From: Candidatus Woesearchaeota archaeon
GTDB taxonomy: Archaea > Nanobdellota > Nanobdellia > Woesearchaeales > UBA12501
Assembly (NCBI GenBank): GCA_016177345.1
Contig: JACOVM010000072.1
Coordinates: 1 to 38,733 of the forward strand
Reading direction: 5' to 3'
Length of the DNA: 38,733 nt
Shown: positions 17,848 through 27,105 of the stretch, one piece after another
How the letters are laid out: the number at the start of each line of letters is the position of its first letter
Position numbering within the stretch: position 1 is the first letter of the stretch
Notes under the pieces: model-generated
Told to the model about the DNA's origin: nothing
Seen by the model: the letters and a program-made list of their open reading frames with translations, nothing else
Database searches by the model: none
Translations under genes and position numbers: made by a program

Positions 17848-20183
17848 AACAGTTCGCATTTCGGGTTTCCTTGACAGACATGATTCGAAAGCTTCGCTAT
17901 AGATACGATAATCCTATTGATTATCTTGGCACATTTGTCGATGCGCTGTACGTGCCAGGTGTTGCTGTCGATATTGCTGTTGATGCGGAAAAGATAGAAT
18001 TGAAATCCCCAGCAAAGCTTGATGGCAAGCTGATAGAAGCGCTTGAGCAGCACAATCTTCTTGCCATGGCATCGCTTCTTCCGCCGGTGCAAGAGTACGA
18101 AGAGGTTACGATCAAGTCCGGTGAGAAAAGAGTTGTCATCGGGGCTGATAGAAAAGTCCATGTTCATTCTTCAGCTGATTCTAAGACAGCAACAGGGGAG
18201 CAGGAAGGGGGGCAGGATCCTGATACGAAGGCTGATGCCAATGTTAATGGCACTCATGTTGTTATCCGCCGAAAAGACGGCGATGGAAAAGCACAGCAAG
18301 CAGAACTGGAACGCGTTTGTGACCTCTACAAAGGATCTGATCTTGCAGTAACTGTCCAGGGCAAGTCAGAAACAAAAGATGCAAGAACAGCTGCAATGGG
18401 CTTTGATCGTGATGGCTTCCGCGGATCAGTATGGTACGCGCCAACAAAAAATGGGGGCATCCACTACTTTCACCGAGGTCGGTTCGTCAATAGTGAAGAT
18501 GCTGTTGCCGGCGTTAATATCTGCTTGTATAATCATCCATTTCAGCCAACGGTAACAAAATCAAGAATGATCACCCGGGGAAGGGCAAAGGAACATCACG
18601 AAAAGCTCCAGCAGATCATTCCAGGTATTCTTCTTGATTACCTAACCTCCCCTCAAATTGAAACGCTTCGCAAGGAATCTGAGCGGTCGTACCAGACACT
18701 ATTGAGAAGTATTGCACGGCGTTATATGGGCCATGACGTTATTCTTGAACACGTTGAACAAAACCTTCTCTTTCCTAATGACGATGGGGACTACACCCTT
18801 CATCTTCATGAGGTAGACGCCCCAAAAAATGGGGATGCTGAATTGTGGAAGGCCTTGACCGGGAATGACCTTCCCGACAAGAGCCAGTCAAGACATTCAT
18901 CTGGCGTACGGGCATTGGCATTAGGGGTTGCGCTGACGTCACTTGTTGCTTTTGGCAGTGGCTTATATGTCATGGTTTCTGGTGCGTCAAAAGAAAGCGC
19001 TGTTGACATTTCAACCATCCTTGGTTGTGCTGATGAAAAAACAGTTGGTAACATAGCTACTGCAAATCATTTCCAGATCTCCATGAACCGTGGCGCTGAC
19101 TTTATGACAAGAGAAGAGCTTGCTAAATACTTAAGCGACTATCAAAGGGAGATCAACAAGCTCATTGCATCACAGTTCTCTCTTGATCTTCTTTCGAAAA
19201 GTGGGTATGTTCGTTTTTCAGTAGGTGATAATCTTAGTTGTTTGGGTGGCCAAATCGTTTGGCGTGACATGGCTGGATCTGATACCTCTTTTTTTGTTCA
19301 GCACTGTGATACTCCTCTTCCTGTAGAACTCCAAAAATATCGTACTGCTGATCTTGATGATAAGCTTGATGCTGTTGCTGATTTCATGCAGAACAATTTT
19401 AAATATGACAGTATTCCCCCAGAAGTTGCTGCAAGGTATGCCAGCCAGCTCGAGGCAATCGCAACAGAGCGCCGGGCAGTATGTTATGGATTAAACTCGT
19501 ACGCCGGTATCCTTCTGTCAAAGTTGGGTGTTAGAATGGACGTAAGGGGTGTCGGTGGTATTCTCAATGGTATGCCTCACTTCTGGCTTGAAGTGAATGA
19601 AGGAACACCTTGGAAGCAAGACTGGCAGGTATATGACTTCAGCGGCTCTCCGATGGCACCAGAGCTTGCTGAACAAATGGAAGACTTAGCCATGCCCCTC
19701 TCTGCTGCACTTTTAGGGCCGCTTGCTCTTGCGCAGAACAACATATCTATGCCGGGGTTAACCCAACAGCTTTCTGGAGCATATGATGAACTTACAAACC
19801 ACCCGTTACAGGTGTTGTCTCTGACTGGCGGCCAGCTCATGGCTGCATCACTATTCCTTTTAGGCGGGCTTGGTGTTGGCCTTGGGGTCCAGTATGCTCT
19901 TCGAAAAACAGGGCGTGCTGTTGAACGAAGCTCCAAAGCCCCATCATGGCAGCCTCAAGGCGCGTATCATCAGCAGTGCCTTCAGCTTCGAGACCTTCTT
20001 GGAGTGGATGGCGTGGTCATCGGGCCTGACGTGAAGTATGATGGAACAACCCTTCAGGTTCCTGTCGATTATGTGAGGGCAAATCTTATCCCCCAGGCTA
20101 TTAAGTTAGTTCCAGTTGTTGCGCAGGATGATAAGGATAAGATTTCTCTCTACAATAGAATCGTGGAGGTCGTGCGGAGATAA
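17844..20183 (+). CDS. Membrane protein: degenerate GHKL-like N-terminus plus transglutaminase-like domain
   Basis: AVCYGLN...HFWLEV...WQVYDF (Cys-His-Asp) between two TM helices; ATGA overlap with the ATPase gene. Confidence 0.7.
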   Translation: MKQFAFRVSLTDMIRKLRYRYDNPIDYLGTFVDALYVPGVAVDIAVDAEKIELKSPAKLDGKLIEALEQHNLLAMASLLPPVQEYEEVTIKSGEKRVVIGADRKVHVHSSADSKTATGEQEGGQDPDTKADANVNGTHVVIRRKDGDGKAQQAELERVCDLYKGSDLAVTVQGKSETKDARTAAMGFDRDGFRGSVWYAPTKNGGIHYFHRGRFVNSEDAVAGVNICLYNHPFQPTVTKSRMITRGRAKEHHEKLQQIIPGILLDYLTSPQIETLRKESERSYQTLLRSIARRYMGHDVILEHVEQNLLFPNDDGDYTLHLHEVDAPKNGDAELWKALTGNDLPDKSQSRHSSGVRALALGVALTSLVAFGSGLYVMVSGASKESAVDISTILGCADEKTVGNIATANHFQISMNRGADFMTREELAKYLSDYQREINKLIASQFSLDLLSKSGYVRFSVGDNLSCLGGQIVWRDMAGSDTSFFVQHCDTPLPVELQKYRTADLDDKLDAVADFMQNNFKYDSIPPEVAARYASQLEAIATERRAVCYGLNSYAGILLSKLGVRMDVRGVGGILNGMPHFWLEVNEGTPWKQDWQVYDFSGSPMAPELAEQMEDLAMPLSAALLGPLALAQNNISMPGLTQQLSGAYDELTNHPLQVLSLTGGQLMAASLFLLGGLGVGLGVQYALRKTGRAVERSSKAPSWQPQGAYHQQCLQLRDLLGVDGVVIGPDVKYDGTTLQVPVDYVRANLIPQAIKLVPVVAQDDKDKISLYNRIVEVVRR

Positions 20184-20213
20184 TCCAGATTAATCCTTGT
20201 AGGGATTGAGGAT

Positions 20214-20915
20214 GTGCATCAGATGTTTATGTTGGAACGATTGCTTTCTTTTGTTCGTGAAAGAAGAAGTGATAAAAGGGGTGGCATTGGTAATGGCAGT
20301 GCCATGTTTAACCCGGCAGAGAGAACCACTGTTGTTTTTTTGAACGATACGAAAAAAAGATGCAATCTTGTTCGCCCAGAAGGATATGTTCTGGAAACGA
20401 TTGCAGCCGCTGTTGGTGACGTTCCAAAGCAGGATAATCTTGTTGTGCTTTCTGATGAATACTTTAGCCCGTTTCGTGCAGGGGATATGGCTTATCCTGA
20501 TCCGGCTCCATTTTCGCTTTTGTTTTCCGGAATGATGGCAAACCAAAAGCGAAGGGCTTCAATGCTTTGTGGCCGTTATCTTTTTCAGAGTGATGGAACC
20601 ATGGTGCGATTGCATAAATACCATCCTCGTGGCTCGTTGGAAAAATCGGAAGAAGGCCCTCTTGGCTTTCGCCTCTGCGCAGCGCTTGTGAACCGCCCCC
20701 TATCACCATTGCCAACCTATTACTTTGTTTCAGCTGCGGCATTGCAGGATCATATTCCATCGCCACAAACACAAATTATTTACATTAATGACCTCAAAAA
20801 TGGCCTGAGAAGAATAACGCCAACTGCAGATTCTTTTTGGATTCCTTATCACGATACTGATACGGTAACCTCATGGAATGATGAGAAACATAACCACCGT
20901 GTTGTTTTGGTGTGA
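20214..20915 (+). CDS. Hypothetical protein
   Basis: 233-aa ORF; start uncertain (GTG 20214 or ATG 20223/20229). Confidence 0.65.
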   Translation: MHQMFMLERLLSFVRERRSDKRGGIGNGSAMFNPAERTTVVFLNDTKKRCNLVRPEGYVLETIAAAVGDVPKQDNLVVLSDEYFSPFRAGDMAYPDPAPFSLLFSGMMANQKRRASMLCGRYLFQSDGTMVRLHKYHPRGSLEKSEEGPLGFRLCAALVNRPLSPLPTYYFVSAAALQDHIPSPQTQIIYINDLKNGLRRITPTADSFWIPYHDTDTVTSWNDEKHNHRVVLV

Positions 20916-21043
20916 TGGTCGTTTAGTCTGCCACCTCTGCTCTTTAGCAAAAAATGAGAGGTTATGGCTAAAAATGAAGAAAGATTTTCTACAGAGCCAT
21001 CCCAAGGGAAAAAAATATAAAGAAGCCAAACCCAAAAGTTATC

Positions 21044-22606
21044 ATGGCCATGCCTGATGCCAAAAAAGGAGTTATTATTCTTAGTGTCCTTATCATTGTC
21101 CTTCTCTTTTCTGCCTGCACCACTGTTCCAAAGAATGTGTTGAAGGATCGCATTGCTTCTCTGTCTGATGCGGAGTTGGAAGAAGCAATGGTTAGCCTAT
21201 CCGTTGATGAGCCGAGTGGTATTGTTGGGTTTGCCACAAAAAAATCATCGACGGCAACAAAATTAGGCGTTGTCACCTCCACCGATAGGGAACAAGCGCA
21301 ACAGTTGATACAACAAGAACAGGCGCGGCGAGCATCGGCATCCCAGTCAGCATCACGTGATCAAACCTCTGCAGGGCGGCGAGGCTCTCAAAGTTCAACA
21401 ATAACCTCAGGTTCAAGCAGTGCATCATCCAGGGGGATAACAGGCCCATCTGGTGGATCGTTAACTCGGGGAGCAGTTACTCCCCCTACATTACCCAGAG
21501 GAACACTTATTCAAGACCTCACTCGCTCAAGGGCGCTGAAGGATGACATGATGAAAGTACTCGCCGATGCAGGCCTTTCAATCACGTCGAAAACAGACCA
21601 GGTCATGTCTGGTGATCTTGTTTCCCTTCCAGGATCCCATATGGATAGCGTATTTTCACAAGTCGGTTCGCTCATGGGCGCCATTGGCAGCAAGGCAGAC
21701 TTGCTTGTGTTTGGGGATATTGGTGCAACGCTGAATGGCAATACCATACCGGATATGTCATTTGACTTCGGAATGACGAGAGGCAGCAGGAATCTTGGGT
21801 TTTACATGGATGGCGGATCTAACTTGGATCCTCTTGGTGCTAAAGGAGGATTGCCTGGCGATATAAAAAGTGTGACTCGTGCGAAAACAGGAGATTCATT
21901 TGTTACAACAGTGAGTAATGGCGCTAACACGTTCAATGTTAAAACAGAGAATGGTAAATCCACTGTTGCTGTTCCTTCAGGAAATAATGTTCAGGATAGG
22001 AATGGTGATTACTACATCTGTACTAACGGTGCAGGTTGTAAAGCAGGAGTGAATAATGGGCAGATAAATACTCAAGGAAGTGGATTATGCAAGGCTGGTG
22101 AACACGTAAATTGTGATACGTGTAACGGTGTTAAATGTGATTCGGGCCAGCATTGTGATGCAGGATCTTGTGTCGGGGGGAGTAGTACTGGTTCCCAAGG
22201 GAGTAGTGGCCAATGTGATCCAGCCTGTGGTTCCGGCAAGAAATGTGAAGGTGGCCAATGTGTTGATGACAATTCTGGTGGCTCTAGTGGTAGCCAATGC
22301 GACCCTTTGGTGATGAATTGTGGCGGTGGAATGCAAGGCCCTCTTGATCCGAATGACCCTTTAGTAAAGTTGCTAAAAGCCTGTCAAAATCCAGGTCAGG
22401 TTGTGGTAATGATGCCAAATCCTAATGGTGGAACAACAATTGTTAGTTGTGCTGGGGCAAATATTGACACAAGTTCTCTTGTCACAAAATTTGGCCAGCA
22501 GAGCCAGTGCGGGGCAGGACAAGTTTGTGACAAAGACAAAGTAACCAGTGGTGCCAATCCTACACGACCATGGGGCAGAGGAGATATTGATCCTGAAGAG
22601 CCATGA
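21044..22606 (+). CDS. Secreted/lipoprotein-like protein with Cys/Gly-rich repeats
   Basis: Hydrophobic signal ending LFSAC (lipobox-like); Ser-rich linker; CDSGQHCDAGSCV and CGSGKKCEGGQCV repeats. Confidence 0.75.
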   Translation: MAMPDAKKGVIILSVLIIVLLFSACTTVPKNVLKDRIASLSDAELEEAMVSLSVDEPSGIVGFATKKSSTATKLGVVTSTDREQAQQLIQQEQARRASASQSASRDQTSAGRRGSQSSTITSGSSSASSRGITGPSGGSLTRGAVTPPTLPRGTLIQDLTRSRALKDDMMKVLADAGLSITSKTDQVMSGDLVSLPGSHMDSVFSQVGSLMGAIGSKADLLVFGDIGATLNGNTIPDMSFDFGMTRGSRNLGFYMDGGSNLDPLGAKGGLPGDIKSVTRAKTGDSFVTTVSNGANTFNVKTENGKSTVAVPSGNNVQDRNGDYYICTNGAGCKAGVNNGQINTQGSGLCKAGEHVNCDTCNGVKCDSGQHCDAGSCVGGSSTGSQGSSGQCDPACGSGKKCEGGQCVDDNSGGSSGSQCDPLVMNCGGGMQGPLDPNDPLVKLLKACQNPGQVVVMMPNPNGGTTIVSCAGANIDTSSLVTKFGQQSQCGAGQVCDKDKVTSGANPTRPWGRGDIDPEEP

Positions 22607-22659
22607 AGAATTTGTTCTTTCTCTGTCTATTTTCCTTTGTTTCTTACTAACGTTGCTTC

Positions 22660-23493
22660 TTACTCACCATATCGCTGTTCTTCCCAGCTTTTTCTCATCA
22701 GGTCGATCGTTGAATCTAAAACTCCTGCAGTTGCTGGATTGAGGATGCCGTGCGTTATTCCTGTTTGCTGAAGGCTTTGGAATCCATCACGGTATGCTGT
22801 ATAAATGAAATACATTTTGTCTTCCCGGCTTAGGTTTGGGTTGTTTTGAATATCCCTAGATCGCTGAAGCACTCTTTCAAAGGATTGCTGCCATTCGATA
22901 AGGTGGGGTAGTTTGTCCTGGACATCTTGTTGAGTTCCATTAACTGCGATGTATGGGGCAGAGGCATCCTCATCTATTGCGATACCCTCCCCTTTTGCAG
23001 TATAGCTTCCATCATCTTCTTCTATGATTTCCAAAAGGAACTTATCCGTATAAGGCGGTTGCTGGTCGTCTTTGACTTGGTGGATAGTGATAGTGTTGTC
23101 AGCTTCAGTAATGTACCAGTCCCCTGTTCTTCGTAGGGAATAATCATAATCATCATACAGCAGCCTGACGTCTGCTTTGAGAATTCGCTCGAGAGGGTTT
23201 TTCCATACCTGGTAAAGGTTTGGGGGAGTTGGTGTTCCCGGATCTTGTTCCATATTTTCATCTGCAGGTCTTTCCTCTTTCTTTAGTGAGTCCTGTTTTT
23301 TGGCGGTGGTTGTTGGATTTTGGTTTTTGGCTTCACCATCTTCTTCTAGCCCAATAATTTGTTCAATTCCGCCCTGTTTAACGGTTTTGTCCGGGACAGA
23401 TTTGTCAGAAAAAAAGGGTTCATGCCGAAGGAGAAGATATGCTGCCAAGGCCTCTGCCCCGAGAGCGAGAAGTAATGTTGTTGAGCGTTTCAT
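22660..23493 (-). CDS. Membrane-anchored hypothetical protein (paralog of 7289..8116)
   Basis: N-terminal hydrophobic helix; PPNLYQVWKNPLERILKADVRLLYDDY...TGDWY; TTTTATAT ~23 nt upstream. Confidence 0.8.
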   Translation of the reverse strand: MKRSTTLLLALGAEALAAYLLLRHEPFFSDKSVPDKTVKQGGIEQIIGLEEDGEAKNQNPTTTAKKQDSLKKEERPADENMEQDPGTPTPPNLYQVWKNPLERILKADVRLLYDDYDYSLRRTGDWYITEADNTITIHQVKDDQQPPYTDKFLLEIIEEDDGSYTAKGEGIAIDEDASAPYIAVNGTQQDVQDKLPHLIEWQQSFERVLQRSRDIQNNPNLSREDKMYFIYTAYRDGFQSLQQTGITHGILNPATAGVLDSTIDLMRKSWEEQRYGE

Positions 23494-23637
23494 GGGGTGG
23501 CAATCACAGACGGACTATATAAAACTTTCTATTTTATTCTCTAATAAGTGGTAAAAAATAAAAGAAATAGAATGAAACACAAAATGAAACGCATCATCAC
23601 AATCTTTTTAAACAGATTGTGACACAAAAATCATAGT

Positions 23638-24033
23638 ATGAACAAGCTTCTAGGGAGGGCTGCTGAACTTCTTCAGCGCCGAAAAGAAACAAAGTACAAG
23701 CAGGTTATTCTTGTTCGCGACGACCTCAAGCTTCCGAAAGGAAAGTTAGCTGCACAAGTAGCTCATGCTAGTGTTGAAACAGTAATGAAAGCAGATCAAG
23801 GGGTTGTTCAAAAGTGGCGCGCCGAAGGCATGATGAAAATCGTGTTAAAAGTGAAAGATGAGAAAGAGCTTCTGAACCTTCATCACCAAGCAGATTATCA
23901 TGGCCTAACTTCTGCCCTTATTACTGACGCAGGTCATACGGTAGTCGAGCCAGGAACCATTACGGTGTGTGGTATTGGTCCTGCACTGGTGTCACGAATT
24001 GATGAAGTGACTGGTCATCTTCAATTACTATAA
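23638..24033 (+). CDS. pth2: Peptidyl-tRNA hydrolase 2 (archaeal type)
   Basis: KQVILVRDDLKLPKGKLAAQVAHA, KIVLKV, DAGHT, GIGP, IDEVTGHLQLL. Confidence 0.95.
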   Translation: MNKLLGRAAELLQRRKETKYKQVILVRDDLKLPKGKLAAQVAHASVETVMKADQGVVQKWRAEGMMKIVLKVKDEKELLNLHHQADYHGLTSALITDAGHTVVEPGTITVCGIGPALVSRIDEVTGHLQLL

Positions 24034-24110
24034 TTTAATGCTGTAATACTTTAATACTGTAATACTATTCATGTTCATTACTCATTTGCTAAATTATTCT
24101 TACTAACATC

Positions 24111-24758
24111 ATGACACGCGATCTTGAAAAGGTAGTGAAGAAAAAAGTGCAGCCGATTGTAGAATCTTCTCTCCACAAGCTTCTTGGCGTGACGATCGGC
24201 GAACTGAGCGATGACATTACCGAAAAGCTTGAAAAGCACCCCCTTCTTGACATGGTGATCGATACCAACATTCCATTCAAGCAGGCAAAGCAGCAATTCA
24301 AGCGAGGCTATATCAAAAAACTGCTTCAGCTGAATTATGGCAATGTGTCTGGGGCTGCGCGCATTGCGGATATTGATCGGCGGTCCGTGCATCGCTTTGT
24401 TAAAAAAGGCGATATTGACGTTAGAAACATCAGAAAAGAAATGGCAAGGGCATATGAAATAAAACAAGCGGCTGTCGGATCCATCATCCAGGATGTTCTT
24501 GAGCATTACAAAAGCGTTCTTCATCCAGAAAAATTGAATGAAGTGTACCATCATGTTCCCGACGTATCAAGAGACATTCTTGGCCATCTTCCAGAACAGC
24601 CTCAGTCATTGAAGGATGCTGAAGAGGAATTTGAGCGGGAATACTTCAAGAAAGCCCTTGCCGAGCATAACAGCAATGTTTCAAAGACAGCAAAAAAAAT
24701 TGGACTGAGGTATGAAACATTGTATAGGAAGGCGAAGAGGTTGGGGCTTCTGGATTAG
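24111..24758 (+). CDS. Protein with two Fis-type (HTH_8) helix-turn-helix domains
   Basis: FKRGYIKKLLQLNYGNVSGAARIADIDRRSVHR and FEREYFKKALAEHNSNVSKTAKKIGLRYETLYRK. Confidence 0.85.
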   Translation: MTRDLEKVVKKKVQPIVESSLHKLLGVTIGELSDDITEKLEKHPLLDMVIDTNIPFKQAKQQFKRGYIKKLLQLNYGNVSGAARIADIDRRSVHRFVKKGDIDVRNIRKEMARAYEIKQAAVGSIIQDVLEHYKSVLHPEKLNEVYHHVPDVSRDILGHLPEQPQSLKDAEEEFEREYFKKALAEHNSNVSKTAKKIGLRYETLYRKAKRLGLLD

Positions 24759-24854
24759 TTTTATGTTAGCATTTTTTGGTATTATTCTTTATTTTTCGGT
24801 ATTGTTCTTTATTGTTCTATTTTAGATAAGTAAACTAAATAAGTAAATGCTAAT

Positions 24855-25037
24855 CATGGCTTCGCTGCGCTCGCCATGAACGACGGGCAATTGGCGTAAA
24901 CGCACAGCAATTACAATGCGATTCCTTTTTTCTTGCTCCATACTTATCGAGGAGCAAGAAAAAAGGACTGGTTGTTCATTTCAATAGCGTTTACGCAACA
25001 GCAATTCGTTCCCGCCCGACCGCAGGTCGTGGCGGGA
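24855..25037. repeat. Nested inverted-repeat element 2 with flanking small hairpins
   Basis: 10-bp outer stem (24894-24903/24987-24996), 17-bp inner stem (24923-24939/24951-24967), hairpins at 24855-24878 and 25010-25037; lies between convergent genes. Confidence 0.75.
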
Positions 25038-25119
25038 TTATGACCTTCATCAATCTTAGCAAAAAGGTATGGATAACATCTTTACTATACATCTATCTTA
25101 CTATTTATGGTGTCCTAAC

Positions 25120-26400
25120 TCAGATAAACGACGTGATCCACTTCAGAAATCTGATAAGCGCAGGCTTCTTTTTCTGTTGTTTTTGTGGTAGTGTTGGCTC
25201 GGGCCCTAGTTCTTCCTGCTGTTCTCGTTGATCCCCCTGGTTTTCGTTTATCTCTTTTTGATTATCTCCTTGTTGCCAATTATTATCAGCAGCATCGTCT
25301 GATTCTTCGTTTGTTTCTTCTTCACGTTCTTTACTATTATCTTCAAGATCATCGCCACCAATGTCTTCTATATCTTCTATAACAGTACCGTCTTCAGACT
25401 CGTCTTCGTTGGTTCCTTGTGTTCCTGTTTTGAAAACACAAACTTTTGCAAAATTGTGCTTCTCACCATTATAATCTTCTTCGGTAAGTTGCAGTGGTTG
25501 GACGTTTACTTTACTGATGGTGACGACATAGCCAAGTGGCACATCCCTAAACGTCATTTCCTCTTGGTCTTGATGGAGCAGGACATCTACTGTTTGCTTT
25601 TCTTGATCAACCCAGAGCAGTGTTATTTTAATTTTGTTTCGAAGCCCTTCTTCTCCGGAGAAAAAATATTCTCCGTACTCCTTCTGCCGAAATTTTAATT
25701 CCATTGCTTTTTCGTACTCGTCACACTTGTTGTCGATCTGGTTGATTTCCTCATAGAAGGGAGCAAGGCATTCTTTTATATGGTCATCAATGCCCATCTC
25801 ATCGTTGCATGCCCTGCTTGCAGTCGCTATTCGTGTACAGCTTGTTCGTTCCTCACGATACTTCTCAAGATGGTTACAGATCTCCTTGTCATGCTGCTTT
25901 TTTGCTATTTTCTTGATGCAGGATATCGCTTTTTTTGGGCTTGCGTAATAAAGGCAGACCTCAAGTGTTTTTGTTTCATCATAAATCTTGTCGATGCATT
26001 CATCATAATATTTGTCGACCCTGACGTATTGGTCACAGATTGGATAATCTTCTATTCCATCAACGAATTCTATGTAGCACTCTGCCCGGTCTTTGCTGGA
26101 CTCATGGATTTTCTTGATGCCGCGGCACATCTCCATATTGTTGAGGGCAAGAGCGAGCTTGGATAGGCAGGAGTTCTTGACAGAATCCGAGGTGATCCTA
26201 TTGCAGAGGTCAACGTCCTTTCGCTGAATAGCCACTTCCTTATAGCACGAATCCTTTGATGATGCTGATGAGCAGTGGACATCGAGGGCGTCAGCGGAGG
26301 CGGGTTGGGAAAGGAGGACAGAAAAGAAAACAGATGATAAGAACAAAAGTGCGAAGGTGAAGGCTATTCTATGTTTATTATTTAATCGTAGGGGTATCAT
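25120..26400 (-). CDS. Secreted Cys-rich repeat protein with acidic stalk
   Basis: Signal peptide; ~28-aa repeats of type C..I......D.CY...A; acidic linker; amphipathic C-terminus LIRFLKWITSFI. Confidence 0.8.
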   Translation of the reverse strand: MIPLRLNNKHRIAFTFALLFLSSVFFSVLLSQPASADALDVHCSSASSKDSCYKEVAIQRKDVDLCNRITSDSVKNSCLSKLALALNNMEMCRGIKKIHESSKDRAECYIEFVDGIEDYPICDQYVRVDKYYDECIDKIYDETKTLEVCLYYASPKKAISCIKKIAKKQHDKEICNHLEKYREERTSCTRIATASRACNDEMGIDDHIKECLAPFYEEINQIDNKCDEYEKAMELKFRQKEYGEYFFSGEEGLRNKIKITLLWVDQEKQTVDVLLHQDQEEMTFRDVPLGYVVTISKVNVQPLQLTEEDYNGEKHNFAKVCVFKTGTQGTNEDESEDGTVIEDIEDIGGDDLEDNSKEREEETNEESDDAADNNWQQGDNQKEINENQGDQREQQEELGPEPTLPQKQQKKKPALIRFLKWITSFI

Positions 26401-26484
26401 AATGTTGTGTTGATTTTGTTCCTTGCCACCAATATAATAGTTCTTGTTCTAATATTTTTCTCTTGCCATCAGTACGCCTCAGTG

Positions 26485-26742
26485 CTAATTAAGGTTTTTA
26501 TAAATATTTTTTCGATGCCCTATAACTGTCACTTTAATGGTGTTATTCATTTGATCAATGTCTGCAATAACCCGATAGTCTCCCACTCTCAATTTGTAAT
26601 CTTTTCTTCCCGTAAGTCTCTCAAAAAAATGGAAAGGACTTGTTTTTGTTGATATCACTTTATCAAAAATTCGTTCTTTTATCTCTTTTGGAAGTGTATT
26701 TAGGAGGTTAATTGCTTCCTCATCAAAAGTGATCTCATACAA
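26485..26742 (-). CDS. relE: RelE/ParE-family toxin
   Basis: YKLRVGDYRVI...IGHRKNIY; TTG start with GAGGTG SD. Confidence 0.9.
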   Translation of the reverse strand: MYEITFDEEAINLLNTLPKEIKERIFDKVISTKTSPFHFFERLTGRKDYKLRVGDYRVIADIDQMNNTIKVTVIGHRKNIYKNLN

Positions 26743-26796
26743 GAAAAGACCACCTCTTATTTTTTGCGCTCTGACAACTAAGAATTTGTTTTGGCA

Positions 26797-27048
26797 TCAC
26801 AATCCAAGCCTCTTTCGTGCCTCTGATTCGGTTAGAAACTTTCCCTTTTTTATTCTTTCCCTTGCTTTTTCAATAGCTTGGATTGTTTCCTGGCTGAGTT
26901 CAGGTTCAGCTTTGCAAGTTTTAGCTATAAATACCACTTTTTTAATTACTTCATCATAGCTCTCATTCTTATATTCCCTAAATTGGTCTAAGTCTCGCTT
27001 TGTATTTTCATGGATTTTTAGAGTAGTTATCACATCCATTCTCATCAC
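26797..27048 (-). CDS. Putative antitoxin (RHH-like N-terminus)
   Basis: TTLKIHENTKRDL...ESYDEVI...IEKARERIKKGKFLTESEARKRLGL; directly upstream of relE. Confidence 0.8.
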   Translation of the reverse strand: MMRMDVITTLKIHENTKRDLDQFREYKNESYDEVIKKVVFIAKTCKAEPELSQETIQAIEKARERIKKGKFLTESEARKRLGL

Positions 27049-27105
27049 CGTTTACTTAGGTATACTAAAGTATATTTAAATGTTTCGTCGTTATGCCGGA
27101 TTGGT

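Noticed and set aside
24035..24110. Low-complexity intergenic repeats (taatact units; also T-rich tracts near 24770, 34190 and 37470)
   Set aside because: Ordinary AT-rich spacer or terminator sequence with no constant unit or spacer structure.
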